Assembly (NCBI GenBank): GCA_044229975.1
Contig: JBGARZ010000006.1
Coordinates: 320,001-384,000, forward strand
Origin: Polyangiales bacterium
GTDB lineage: Bacteria > Myxococcota_A > Polyangia > Polyangiales > Ga0077539
Direction: 5' to 3'
Length of the DNA: 64,000 nt
Part shown: piece by piece, positions 46,389-54,861 of the stretch
Numbering within the stretch: position 1 is the stretch's first letter
Layout of the letters: the number at the start of each line of letters is the position of its first letter
Notes under the pieces: generated by a model
Databases searched by the model: none
The model's input: the letters and a program-made list of their open reading frames with translations, nothing else
Told to the model about the DNA's origin: nothing
Translations under genes and position numbers: made by a program

Positions 46389-47138
46389 TCAATAGCAAGC
46401 GTCGTGAGTGGCATCTTGATCGAGTTCCAGATCAATCACAGGCAGTCGTCGATCGAGCCAGAGTCCCGCTGGTGTGAAGGCAATCGCAGCCTTCGTGCCT
46501 CCCACGGACTGAACGCGACCGGCCGCCGTCAGGGTTTGAGCCACTATATCAACAGCCAACTCATTGAATGAAACTCGGTCATCTAGTGACTTAAATGGCC
46601 ACGAAAGCCCCAGAGCTTTCAGGTTCATGGCGTAATTTTCAAGGCCCGGAATGAGCGTGTTGTAAAATGGATGGTATCCGTTACGAAGCACTGCACGCTC
46701 TGCAATGCAAGGATTGTCCTTGTGCAGTGCGTGCTGCGACGGTGTCGCTCCGTGATGCCCAGTGTGCACATGATAGAGCACGGGGTTGCCGTCTTCGTAT
46801 CCAGCGACATGAACCCCTCCCCGCAATTTCTCCCAACTCCGCCCGTCTGCATTCCCCGCTTCTGCGAGAAGACTGGCGAGTTTTGCCCCAGCCGTAGATG
46901 GCGTATCACTGCCAGTGAGTTGGTCGCTGAACTCTTTCACTAATTGATCGCACTGTCTGGAACCAAAGCGAGCGTTTCCCCAAACGGCAAATCCAATATT
47001 TGAATCCGCAGAATAATGTATCTTGGAGGCCCCGAATCGAATCTCGATTGGCCTGTCTGGCCTCGTCACCGTGATAGCTGAGTCACCCACAAGCACGCAG
47101 CCGAACGCGGCCGAAACCTCAGATACTACGAGTGTCAT
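46389..47138 (-). CDS. Ntn-hydrolase/proteasome-beta-like cassette protein
   Basis: Starts M-T-L-V-V (Thr at position 2), GDSAIT, KI, VAGY, SVGG; GGAAGGAAG RBS; AT-rich. Confidence 0.7.
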   Translation of the reverse strand: MTLVVSEVSAAFGCVLVGDSAITVTRPDRPIEIRFGASKIHYSADSNIGFAVWGNARFGSRQCDQLVKEFSDQLTGSDTPSTAGAKLASLLAEAGNADGRSWEKLRGGVHVAGYEDGNPVLYHVHTGHHGATPSQHALHKDNPCIAERAVLRNGYHPFYNTLIPGLENYAMNLKALGLSWPFKSLDDRVSFNELAVDIVAQTLTAAGRVQSVGGTKAAIAFTPAGLWLDRRLPVIDLELDQDATHDACY

Positions 47139-47151
47139 GGTTCTTCCTTCC

Positions 47152-47237
47152 GCCCAACGGCTAGCCTATGTGTCGCCGCAACGGGCGTGATGATTTGATA
47201 GTTGGTGACGGCGGTCGGCCACATCGGCTTGTTGGGC
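47152..47237 (-). repeat. attC site
   Basis: GCCCAACGGCTAGCCTATGTGTCGCCGC...CATCGGCTTGTTGGGC; 86 bp. Confidence 0.85.
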
Positions 47238-47251
47238 GGTTGCTCGCTTCG

Positions 47252-49030
47252 CTATGTGAAAAGGGCCATCAGCGCTTTTGTCTGCTTAAGTCCTTCCACC
47301 TTCACGGTATCGGATCCCCGCCGCGCATAAACGATGTCGCCCACATCAGAAAGAGATTTTTGGGACGGAATCCAAATGCAAACGACTGACAAGCCGCGGT
47401 AAACGATGCAGTCAACACTGCTAAGCACAGCAGTCTTAAGAGGTTCGCTCAGTTTCGAGTTTTCGATGTGGCGGATGATCTCTCGATTGTAATTCTCAAG
47501 GGATACCGCAAGGGCCGATGCTTCACGATCGATCCCTACGCAGAACCGTTCTCCAACATGAACGGCCTTGATACCATAGAGCGATTCGATGCGGTCTTTG
47601 TCTGTAGCTTTGTCCGCCACGCCCACGAAAATCGCACCGCTAGAGGTCGGGCCGAGATTAGCGATACCACAGATGGTGTTGACAATCTTCTCGAGGATAT
47701 TCGGATCCTTGGTGTGTCCTTCGTCGAGACGGAGCATGCCCTGTTTGCACTCGAATGCGTTGGTTTCGATCCGCGATCGCCTCAATGCGTTTTCGAACGC
47801 AATCGCTGCGCCTGCGCCATGACTCAATACAGGTGGGTCCTTGTCCTCGAATTGATCTTGGATCAGCCCTTTGATCGTGTTGATGTTTTGGAGGCGAGGC
47901 TCGCTGCGAATTTGCCCTGCAGCGATGTTTAGTTTGTCGTGTGCTCCTTGGAGAGATCGGACAATCGCGGTCTTGTCCTTTGGACTTCGACGCTGTCTCA
48001 CGCACAAATCGAAGAACGCCATGAAGACTGCAAAAAACGCCGTCTTTGCAGGATTCGGGTTCCCTGGACTCACGATCCGCCGAAATGCCGTAGCTGAGTC
48101 GTCCACACTCTCAATCACGTCACGAATGATAGCAATCGTGGAAAGAATCTCGTGCTTCAGGCGGGTGCCTCCGTACGTCGCCAGTTGGGCGTTGAGTTCC
48201 CGATATTCAGAGGTCGTCGCATTGTAGATCCCATCCAAGGCTCCGCCGGAGAACGCAAACGGCTTCCCTTGAAGGACTGAAATTGCGAGATCCGCCACCA
48301 TCTGCTCATCCTCGCTTTCGCGCAACTGGCTGCGACGTAAGATACCCTGCTTACACCAGAAGGTATCGTCAGCCTTGATTCGGTAGGAGGGCATGTCGCC
48401 GCCAGCGTCCACACTGATCTCTGGCATCTGTGCGAGGTCAAGCGACTCGCTCGAGACATCCCCACGAATTTCTGCTGAAAGCTCACGAACGGCCGTCGCA
48501 AAGGGCGTGATGACACCAGCCTGCCGGCGCTCTTGGTCACTAAGTTGCCGCCCATAGGCGTTGATTCTCCCGAAGACCTCCGTCACTGACTGTTCGTTGT
48601 TCGCCGGGAATTCAGTCACGGCGAGAGTGTACTCCAGAAACCTGGCACACTCATCGGCACTAAAGAGGGCGCTCTCCTTAGGTACTGGAGGGATTTTACC
48701 TTCGTCCGCGAGTGACCGCGCTCGCGCCAACTGCGAGACGTCGAAGTACCTCCCATTGACTGGAAACGCATCCTCGATGAATGAAAATATAGCGTTGAGT
48801 CTCTGCATTCCATCCAGAATCTCGAAGCTCTTGTTTCCGTCCTCCCGAAGTGTGTATGCCAACAGCAGCAGAGGAATAGGGAACCCCTGGAGGATAGAGT
48901 CAACCAGCTTCTGTTTCTCTTCGATGCTCCACACCAGCTTCCGCTGGTACCTTCGATTCACTCGGAAGTTCCCGTCCCGAAACTCTCGATATGCCTCTTG
49001 GACACTCATTCCGCGCGGCGTAACACTCAT
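47252..49030 (-). CDS. DUF262 (GmrSD/ParB-like) plus C-terminal Schlafen/AlbA_2 domain protein
   Basis: YQRKLVW, DSILQGFPIP, ILDGMQRL, VFGRIN..G..LS.QE.R; C-terminal ETNAFECK, ICGIAN, GAIFVGVAD, YARRG. Confidence 0.88.
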   Translation of the reverse strand: MSVTPRGMSVQEAYREFRDGNFRVNRRYQRKLVWSIEEKQKLVDSILQGFPIPLLLLAYTLREDGNKSFEILDGMQRLNAIFSFIEDAFPVNGRYFDVSQLARARSLADEGKIPPVPKESALFSADECARFLEYTLAVTEFPANNEQSVTEVFGRINAYGRQLSDQERRQAGVITPFATAVRELSAEIRGDVSSESLDLAQMPEISVDAGGDMPSYRIKADDTFWCKQGILRRSQLRESEDEQMVADLAISVLQGKPFAFSGGALDGIYNATTSEYRELNAQLATYGGTRLKHEILSTIAIIRDVIESVDDSATAFRRIVSPGNPNPAKTAFFAVFMAFFDLCVRQRRSPKDKTAIVRSLQGAHDKLNIAAGQIRSEPRLQNINTIKGLIQDQFEDKDPPVLSHGAGAAIAFENALRRSRIETNAFECKQGMLRLDEGHTKDPNILEKIVNTICGIANLGPTSSGAIFVGVADKATDKDRIESLYGIKAVHVGERFCVGIDREASALAVSLENYNREIIRHIENSKLSEPLKTAVLSSVDCIVYRGLSVVCIWIPSQKSLSDVGDIVYARRGSDTVKVEGLKQTKALMALFT

Positions 49031-49202
49031 CTTGCCCTCTTTTCTATCCTCTCTCTGTCGCAGGGTCGGATCAAGGTTTGCTTGGCAAGGGAGTGCCATG
49101 TCGAAGACTCAAGCTCGCCCGGCCGATTCTGGCGTACTGGAGTCGTGTTGTCATTGAGTATCGACGCACTGCCGGAGAGGATTGTAGATCGCTGCGACGC
49201 CC

Positions 49203-49222
49203 GCCCAACATCTCATTCACCC
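49203..49222 (-). other. attI-like site
   Basis: Minus strand GGGTGAATGAGATGTTGGGC: a core GTTRRRY without attC arms, at the head of the array. Confidence 0.55.
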
Positions 49223-49251
49223 GCGCGCCCACTACCGAATCCCGCCCTGGC

Positions 49252-49347
49252 GCTGCTCGCCCGCTTGCTGCCCAAATCCATATCCCCGTTCGCGTTGTTC
49301 GCCCGCTCGCTGCCGAGTTCCACAACCCCATTCGCGCGTCGTTCGCC
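49252..49347. repeat. Degenerate 42-bp tandem repeat (2 units plus partial)
   Basis: GYTGYTCGCCCGCTYGCTGCC...CCCCRTTCGC at 49252 and 49294. Confidence 0.65.
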
Positions 49348-49370
49348 TATGCCCATCCCCCCCACGCCCA

Positions 49371-51695
49371 TCACCCCCGCCGCCGTCGCCTCCTCGCCAT
49401 CCCCGCTGCCATCCCCACTACTGCCAACACCCCGAGCCCGCCGCTCTTCCCACTTCCATTCCCACTACCGACCACCCCGCATCCGCAGCCCGACCCGCCT
49501 GCGTCCGTCGTCGCGCCGCCGCGAATCAGCTCCACTGGCCTCGGCAGTTCCACGCCCCCATCCACGCTCACCGCGCGCCCCATCACCACCTCCAGCACCG
49601 CCGGCTCCGCGTCCGCGCTCTCCGGCTCATCCACCACGCGCGCCCGCACCTCCACCCGATGCTCACCCGCCAGCTCGAACGTCGGCGCCGTCACATCCAC
49701 CCACGGTCCTGCCGCCCACCGCGACCACGTCATCCCGTCCACCCGCCACGAGTACTCGTGCGGCCGATCGCTCACCGCCGACGCGCCCGGCGCCACCCGC
49801 ACCCGCACCCGCGCGCTCGTCCCCACCGGGTCGACGCCCAGCACGCTCGCGTCCGTCTCCGCCGCCGCGATGCTCGGCATCGTCGCGCGCCGATACCGCA
49901 GGTCCATGAACAACCCGAGATACCGCGACCCGCCCTGCTCCATTCCCACCAAGCCGTTGTCGGGAAGCTCCAGGTTCACCGTCCCCACCGGCATCCCCAT
50001 CGCTCCCGGAACCGGAATCGACGGAATCGCGATCGCCGGAATGCTCCCACCCAACATCCCGATGGCCGTTCCCAACAACCCGTCAAAGGACATCGCCAGC
50101 CGCGCCGGCGCATCACTCACCAGCGTCGACCCCGTCACCACCGTACCGCTCGTGCGCACCGTCCCGAGCGACGGCCGCAACCCACCCGCGTCGCGCATCA
50201 GCGTGAGCGGCGCCGTCACGTCGGTGGTCACCGTGAGCGCCCGCACGTAGCGCTCCTCCGACCACACCATGAGGTCGAGCGCGAGCCGCTCGAAGCGCAG
50301 CGTGAGCGTCGGCGACGGGCCCGACGACATCGCCACCGTCGGCGGACGCTGCGGCCGTAGCACCAGCGCCACCGGCCCCGACAGCGACGGAAACAGCACG
50401 TTGCGCAGCGACGGAACGATGATCGAAAAGGTCCCCGACGTGAGCTGCTGCGAGAGCGAGCTCGTCACGCCAAGGCAGAACGTCCCCGAGTCCCACAATT
50501 GATACAGCGCGTGGTTGAGGAAGGTCTCCGACAACCCCACGCCGAGATCCATCGAGCGCATTCCCCCCGGAACATCGTTGCGCCGCAGCGCCGTCCACTC
50601 GGGGATCTCTGGCACCGTCGGCTCCGCCACGCGCGGCACGCAGTTGTTGTGTCCGCGCGACTGCGCCACCCCGAACACGTTGAGCGTCATCCCCTGCGTC
50701 GACACCTCGGCGTCGTGCGCGTGGTCGCCCGCCGCAATCACGATGGCCGACTCGCCGCGCACACCCGGGCTCACCGACGCCAGCAGCGCCCCGACGTTGC
50801 CCGCCATCTCGACACCCAGCAGCGACGGAACCGTCTGCCCGTCTTCATACCGACACCGCGCTCCCTGCGCGACGCTCCCCAGCGGACACCCCGGCGGATC
50901 AGGCATCGACGCCTGGCTCAACGCATCTTGAATGGGCCCCAGCGCACCACCGATGGCGCCACCAAACGCGCCCGAGATGGTTCCTCGCAGCACCGGGAGC
51001 AGCCCACAGAGTCCGCCGCCCGAGCAGCCCACCCACGCGTCGTCGAAGCCCTCTCCCGGCGTCTGCTCGATGACCTCCGTCGCCCCCATCGCGGGCACAA
51101 GCTCCGCCCGGAAGTAGTCACGCCGCGACGGGTGCGTGTCCCGCCGGATCACGATGGCCGTCCGCAGCCCGATGTACGACCGCGCGCCGCGCGCCGTGTC
51201 GATGGTGAGCCGCGTGTCGATGCCGTCCGCGCAACCGCCGCACATGCTGTTGCAGAACAGCGTGCACGTCCGCAGCGGAATCTCTCCGCGGAAGCCCACG
51301 CGCAGCCGCACCTCGATGCGATCGGGCGCCACGAAGAACAGCTCCAGCGGAGGCGGACTCGTCGGCAGCACCAGGTCGAGCCCGCAGCTCCCATCGCGGC
51401 ACACCACGTAGCGCCCGACGCCGAAGTTACCCGTCACCAGCGGGATGGGCAGCCGTCCACCGGTCACGCCCAGCAGCAGGTCGGCGCCGAGCTGCGACAC
51501 GTTGCGCAGCCCCTGATCGCTCACCCGCACCTGCATCGCCCGCGGCACCCGCGTCTCCGGCGTCACCGGATACCCCCGCGGAATCGGCCCCAGCGCACCG
51601 CCCGCGCACGATGAGCAGCCCCCGCCGCTGCACCCCGCCACCGCGATCGCCACGACCATCATCCGAACCAGCGCGACGACGTCCCTGAGGTGCAT
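49371..51695 (-). CDS. Large secreted protein with MYXO-CTERM-like tail
   Basis: Signal/lipobox AVAGC, GCSSC; C-terminal Ig-like YSWRVDG, then GCGC...TM...RRRRRR. Confidence 0.85.
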   Translation of the reverse strand: MHLRDVVALVRMMVVAIAVAGCSGGGCSSCAGGALGPIPRGYPVTPETRVPRAMQVRVSDQGLRNVSQLGADLLLGVTGGRLPIPLVTGNFGVGRYVVCRDGSCGLDLVLPTSPPPLELFFVAPDRIEVRLRVGFRGEIPLRTCTLFCNSMCGGCADGIDTRLTIDTARGARSYIGLRTAIVIRRDTHPSRRDYFRAELVPAMGATEVIEQTPGEGFDDAWVGCSGGGLCGLLPVLRGTISGAFGGAIGGALGPIQDALSQASMPDPPGCPLGSVAQGARCRYEDGQTVPSLLGVEMAGNVGALLASVSPGVRGESAIVIAAGDHAHDAEVSTQGMTLNVFGVAQSRGHNNCVPRVAEPTVPEIPEWTALRRNDVPGGMRSMDLGVGLSETFLNHALYQLWDSGTFCLGVTSSLSQQLTSGTFSIIVPSLRNVLFPSLSGPVALVLRPQRPPTVAMSSGPSPTLTLRFERLALDLMVWSEERYVRALTVTTDVTAPLTLMRDAGGLRPSLGTVRTSGTVVTGSTLVSDAPARLAMSFDGLLGTAIGMLGGSIPAIAIPSIPVPGAMGMPVGTVNLELPDNGLVGMEQGGSRYLGLFMDLRYRRATMPSIAAAETDASVLGVDPVGTSARVRVRVAPGASAVSDRPHEYSWRVDGMTWSRWAAGPWVDVTAPTFELAGEHRVEVRARVVDEPESADAEPAVLEVVMGRAVSVDGGVELPRPVELIRGGATTDAGGSGCGCGVVGSGNGSGKSGGLGVLAVVGMAAGMARRRRRRG

Positions 51696-51767
51696 GACCT
51701 CAACGCGTATCACGAACGCCACGCCCGTCGGTGACGTCCCTCCGCCCATCTGATACCCGTGTCTGCG

Positions 51768-52793
51768 ATGCAGCACCCGACGCGCTTCGACTCTCTGCTC
51801 GACCTCGCGAAACTCCCTTGGTTCGAGGTCCGCGACGGCCGCCTCGTCGTGAGCGACCCCTCGGTCGGCACCGCCATCGACGTCCACACGCACCTCGCGC
51901 TCTCCTTCGTGCGGCCCAACCAGCTCGACCTCCAGCGCGGTCACCCCAAGGCAGAGCACTACCTCCCCGACCACCGCCCCTTCGACCTCGACGTCTACGT
52001 CAACAAGAACATCATCCCCGAAGACATGCACCGCATGGAGCGCGACCTCTCCATCGGGTCGTTCACCTCCGGCGGCATGCGCGCGACGCACACGGTCCCC
52101 AACCTCGCCCGCGAGATGGGCGAGCTCCAGGTCGCGCAGTCCGTGCTGCTCCCCATCGACTGGCCCGCGCTCTCCGACAACGCCACCACCTGGCTCACCA
52201 CCGTCCGCGGCGACAGGCGCTTCATCGGCTTCGGCTCCGTCCACCCCTACGCCCGCGACGTCGCCCGCAAGCTCGATCGCCAGATCGCCCTCGGCGCTCG
52301 CGGCATCAAGGTCCACCCCGCGGTGCAGCTCGTTCACCCCGCCGCGTCGCGCGCGCTCGAGCTCTACCGACTCTGCGCCGAGCGCGACCTCCCGGTGTTC
52401 TGGCACTGTGGCCCGGTGGACATCGAGCCGCCGCTCGGTCGCTACCTCTCGCAGGTGCGCCACTACGAGAAGGCCATCGCCGAAAACCCCGGCACCACCT
52501 TCGTGCTCGGCCACTCCGGCGCGCTCCAGATGGACACCGCCATCGGCTACGCGCGCCGCTACCCCAACGTGTGGCTGGAGATCGCCTCGCAGTCCCTCTC
52601 CAACGTCCGCCGCCTCGTCGACGAGGCCCCGCCCGGCCGCCTCATGTTCGGAACCGACTGGCCCTTCTATCACCAGGCCGTCGGGCTCGCGAAGGTGTTC
52701 ATGGCCACCGAGGGCAACGACGCCGCACGCCACGCGATGCTGCGCGGCAACGCCGAGCGCCTCCTCAAGCTCGCTCCCGACAACACCCCGTAG
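51768..52793 (+). CDS. Amidohydrolase family (Amidohydro_2) protein
   Basis: IDVHTH, GSVHP, GIKVHP, WHCG, LGHSG, MFGTDWP. Confidence 0.9.
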   Translation: MQHPTRFDSLLDLAKLPWFEVRDGRLVVSDPSVGTAIDVHTHLALSFVRPNQLDLQRGHPKAEHYLPDHRPFDLDVYVNKNIIPEDMHRMERDLSIGSFTSGGMRATHTVPNLAREMGELQVAQSVLLPIDWPALSDNATTWLTTVRGDRRFIGFGSVHPYARDVARKLDRQIALGARGIKVHPAVQLVHPAASRALELYRLCAERDLPVFWHCGPVDIEPPLGRYLSQVRHYEKAIAENPGTTFVLGHSGALQMDTAIGYARRYPNVWLEIASQSLSNVRRLVDEAPPGRLMFGTDWPFYHQAVGLAKVFMATEGNDAARHAMLRGNAERLLKLAPDNTP

Positions 52794-52861
52794 CTGGCAA
52801 TCTGGTACGAGCGTCAACGATCTGTCACCCCCCCCGACGGGGTGGTAGTGTCGTCGCCGGA

Positions 52862-54793
52862 ATGGCTACCGATCCCGTGCGAAACGCGGCAAACCCGGGG
52901 GTGCGACGGCTCGGCCGTTACACGCTGCGGTACCGCATCGCGCAGGGCGGCATGGCCTCGGTCTACCTCGCCCAGCTCGCCGGCACTGCGGGCTTCGAGA
53001 AGTGGATCGCCGTCAAGACCATCCATCCGCACATCGCCACGAGCAACCGCTTCGTGAACATGTTCCTCGACGAGGCGCAGCTCGCGTCGAGGCTCGACCA
53101 CCCCAACCTCTGCTCGGTCTTCGACTTCGGCGAAGAGCGCGGCACGTGGTTCATCGCGATGGAGTACCTCCACGGCGAGACCTTCGGCGTGGTCGCCCGC
53201 ACCGGCTGGAGCGCCCAGCAGCCGCCGCCGTACGTCATCATCGCGCGCATCCTGGCCGACGCCGCGCGCGGCCTGCACGCCGCCCACGAGCTGCGCCTCC
53301 CGTCGGGCGAACACGCCGGCGTGGTGCACCGCGACGTCTCCCCCGAGAACATCTTCGTCACCTACGCGGGCCCCACGAAGGTCGTCGACTTCGGCGTCGC
53401 GCGGTGGAAGTCGCAGTCGCAAGACCGCACCGTCGCGGGCGAGCTCAAGGGCAAGATCGCGTACATGTGCCCGGAGCAGCTCCGCGAGGAGGTCGTCGAC
53501 CGCCGCGCCGACATCTGGTCGCTCGGCGTGGTGCTCTGGGAGGTCACCGTCGGCCGCCGCCTCTTCCGCCGCAAGACCGACGCGGGCACCGTCTACGCCG
53601 TCCTCAACGATCGCGTCCCGCGTCCCGCGCGCTTCCGTCCCGACTATCCGCCCGCCCTCGCGGCCATCGTGGCGAAGGCCCTCGCGCGCGACCGCGACCA
53701 CCGCTACCAGACGGCGCTGGAGTTCGCCCGCGCGCTGGAGCAATGGCTCGCGAGCACGGGCGAGCCCACCGGAACGGGCGAGGTCGGCGAGTACATGCAC
53801 TCGCTCTTCGGTGAGCAGATCGCCTTCCGCGAGAAGCTCTTGCGAACGACCCACATCGAGGCCCCGGTGGAGGAGGTCTCGCAGATGTGGCGCAGCTCGC
53901 CCATCGACGTGTCGGAGGTCGAGTCGTCGCAGGACGGCATCCCCGAGGCGCGTCCCTCGTCGCCGGTCGACATGAGCGAAGAGGCCACGATCCTCAACCC
54001 GCAGCGCTACGTCAGCACCCTCCCCGAGTCTCTCGCGCTCTCTGCTCCTCCTCCTCGCTCATTGCCAGCGGTCTCCGACCCGTCGCCCGCCATCCCGCTG
54101 ACCTCCGTCCGTCCACACGGCGCCTATCAGCTCGGCCCCGCGCCTGCGGCCCCGCTGTCGAGCGGCGCCCACCGCGCCATCAACACGTCGAAGCTCCCCG
54201 CGTGGCGCCGCCGCGGCATCCCCAGCCTCGTCGGCGGCATCCTGCTGTCGCTCGTGAGCGCCGCGGTGATCGTCTACTTCTTCAGCCAGAACTCGCGCCC
54301 GGACGTCCCACCGCCGCGCTTGCCTGATCCCCACCGCGAACCGCCGCCCGTGGTCTCCGTGTCGACCCCGCCCGTGGTCCCTCCGACCATCGTCCCTCCG
54401 GCCATCGTCCCTCCGCCGTCGCTCCCCATCATCCCTCCGCCGGTCGCGCCCTTGTCGCACCCCGCGGTTGCGCCCCGCGTTCCGCGCCACGGCGTGGCGC
54501 ACCCGGTGGTGCGCTCGACGCCTCCTCGCACCACCGACGCTGGCGCCGCGACCGAGTCCGCCGCGGCTGCCCGTCCGGGCTATCTCACCTTCATCGCGAC
54601 GCCCGACGCCGAGGTCTATGAGGGCAACCGCGCGCTCGGCCGCACCCCGCTGACCGACCGCGCCATCCCGTCGGGCCACCACACGTTCCGCTTCGTGCCG
54701 GGCGGCGACCTCGCGTCGCAGACGGTGCAGGTCGACGTGCAACCCGGCGGCAGCTCCGTCGTCGAGATGCGCTGGGACCCGGCCAACCCCTGA
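52862..54793 (+). CDS. Ser/Thr protein kinase with TM helix and PEGA-like domain
   Basis: GGMASVY, AVK, HRDVSPEN, DFG, KGKIAYMCPEQ, DIWSLG; LGRTPL/SGHH PEGA motif. Confidence 0.95.
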   Translation: MATDPVRNAANPGVRRLGRYTLRYRIAQGGMASVYLAQLAGTAGFEKWIAVKTIHPHIATSNRFVNMFLDEAQLASRLDHPNLCSVFDFGEERGTWFIAMEYLHGETFGVVARTGWSAQQPPPYVIIARILADAARGLHAAHELRLPSGEHAGVVHRDVSPENIFVTYAGPTKVVDFGVARWKSQSQDRTVAGELKGKIAYMCPEQLREEVVDRRADIWSLGVVLWEVTVGRRLFRRKTDAGTVYAVLNDRVPRPARFRPDYPPALAAIVAKALARDRDHRYQTALEFARALEQWLASTGEPTGTGEVGEYMHSLFGEQIAFREKLLRTTHIEAPVEEVSQMWRSSPIDVSEVESSQDGIPEARPSSPVDMSEEATILNPQRYVSTLPESLALSAPPPRSLPAVSDPSPAIPLTSVRPHGAYQLGPAPAAPLSSGAHRAINTSKLPAWRRRGIPSLVGGILLSLVSAAVIVYFFSQNSRPDVPPPRLPDPHREPPPVVSVSTPPVVPPTIVPPAIVPPPSLPIIPPPVAPLSHPAVAPRVPRHGVAHPVVRSTPPRTTDAGAATESAAAARPGYLTFIATPDAEVYEGNRALGRTPLTDRAIPSGHHTFRFVPGGDLASQTVQVDVQPGGSSVVEMRWDPANP

Positions 54794-54861
54794 CCTCGCC
54801 GCTCCCCTCCCACGTCATCAGTCCCCGGCCTTACCCGGTAGGGACGTGACCTCCCACGCCG

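Larger units (their letters stand above)
43334..49222 (-). mobile_element. Integron gene-cassette array with no integrase in the window (CALIN-like)
   Basis: Five related attC sites separate co-oriented ORFs; attI-like site at the proximal end; AT-richer cassettes. Confidence 0.88.

Noticed and set aside
44297..47237. attC repeats as a CRISPR array
   Set aside because: Repeats are ~90 bp with variable centres and are separated by ORF-containing segments of 400-770 bp; no cas genes.
49223..49909. Possible intI next to the attI-like site
   Set aside because: Plus-strand ORFs here are low-complexity shadows with no tyrosine recombinase R-H-R-Y motifs.
51696..52817. N-terminal extension of the 1148-aa minus-strand ORF
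   Set aside because: Antisense to the amidohydrolase gene; a signal peptide starts at 51695.
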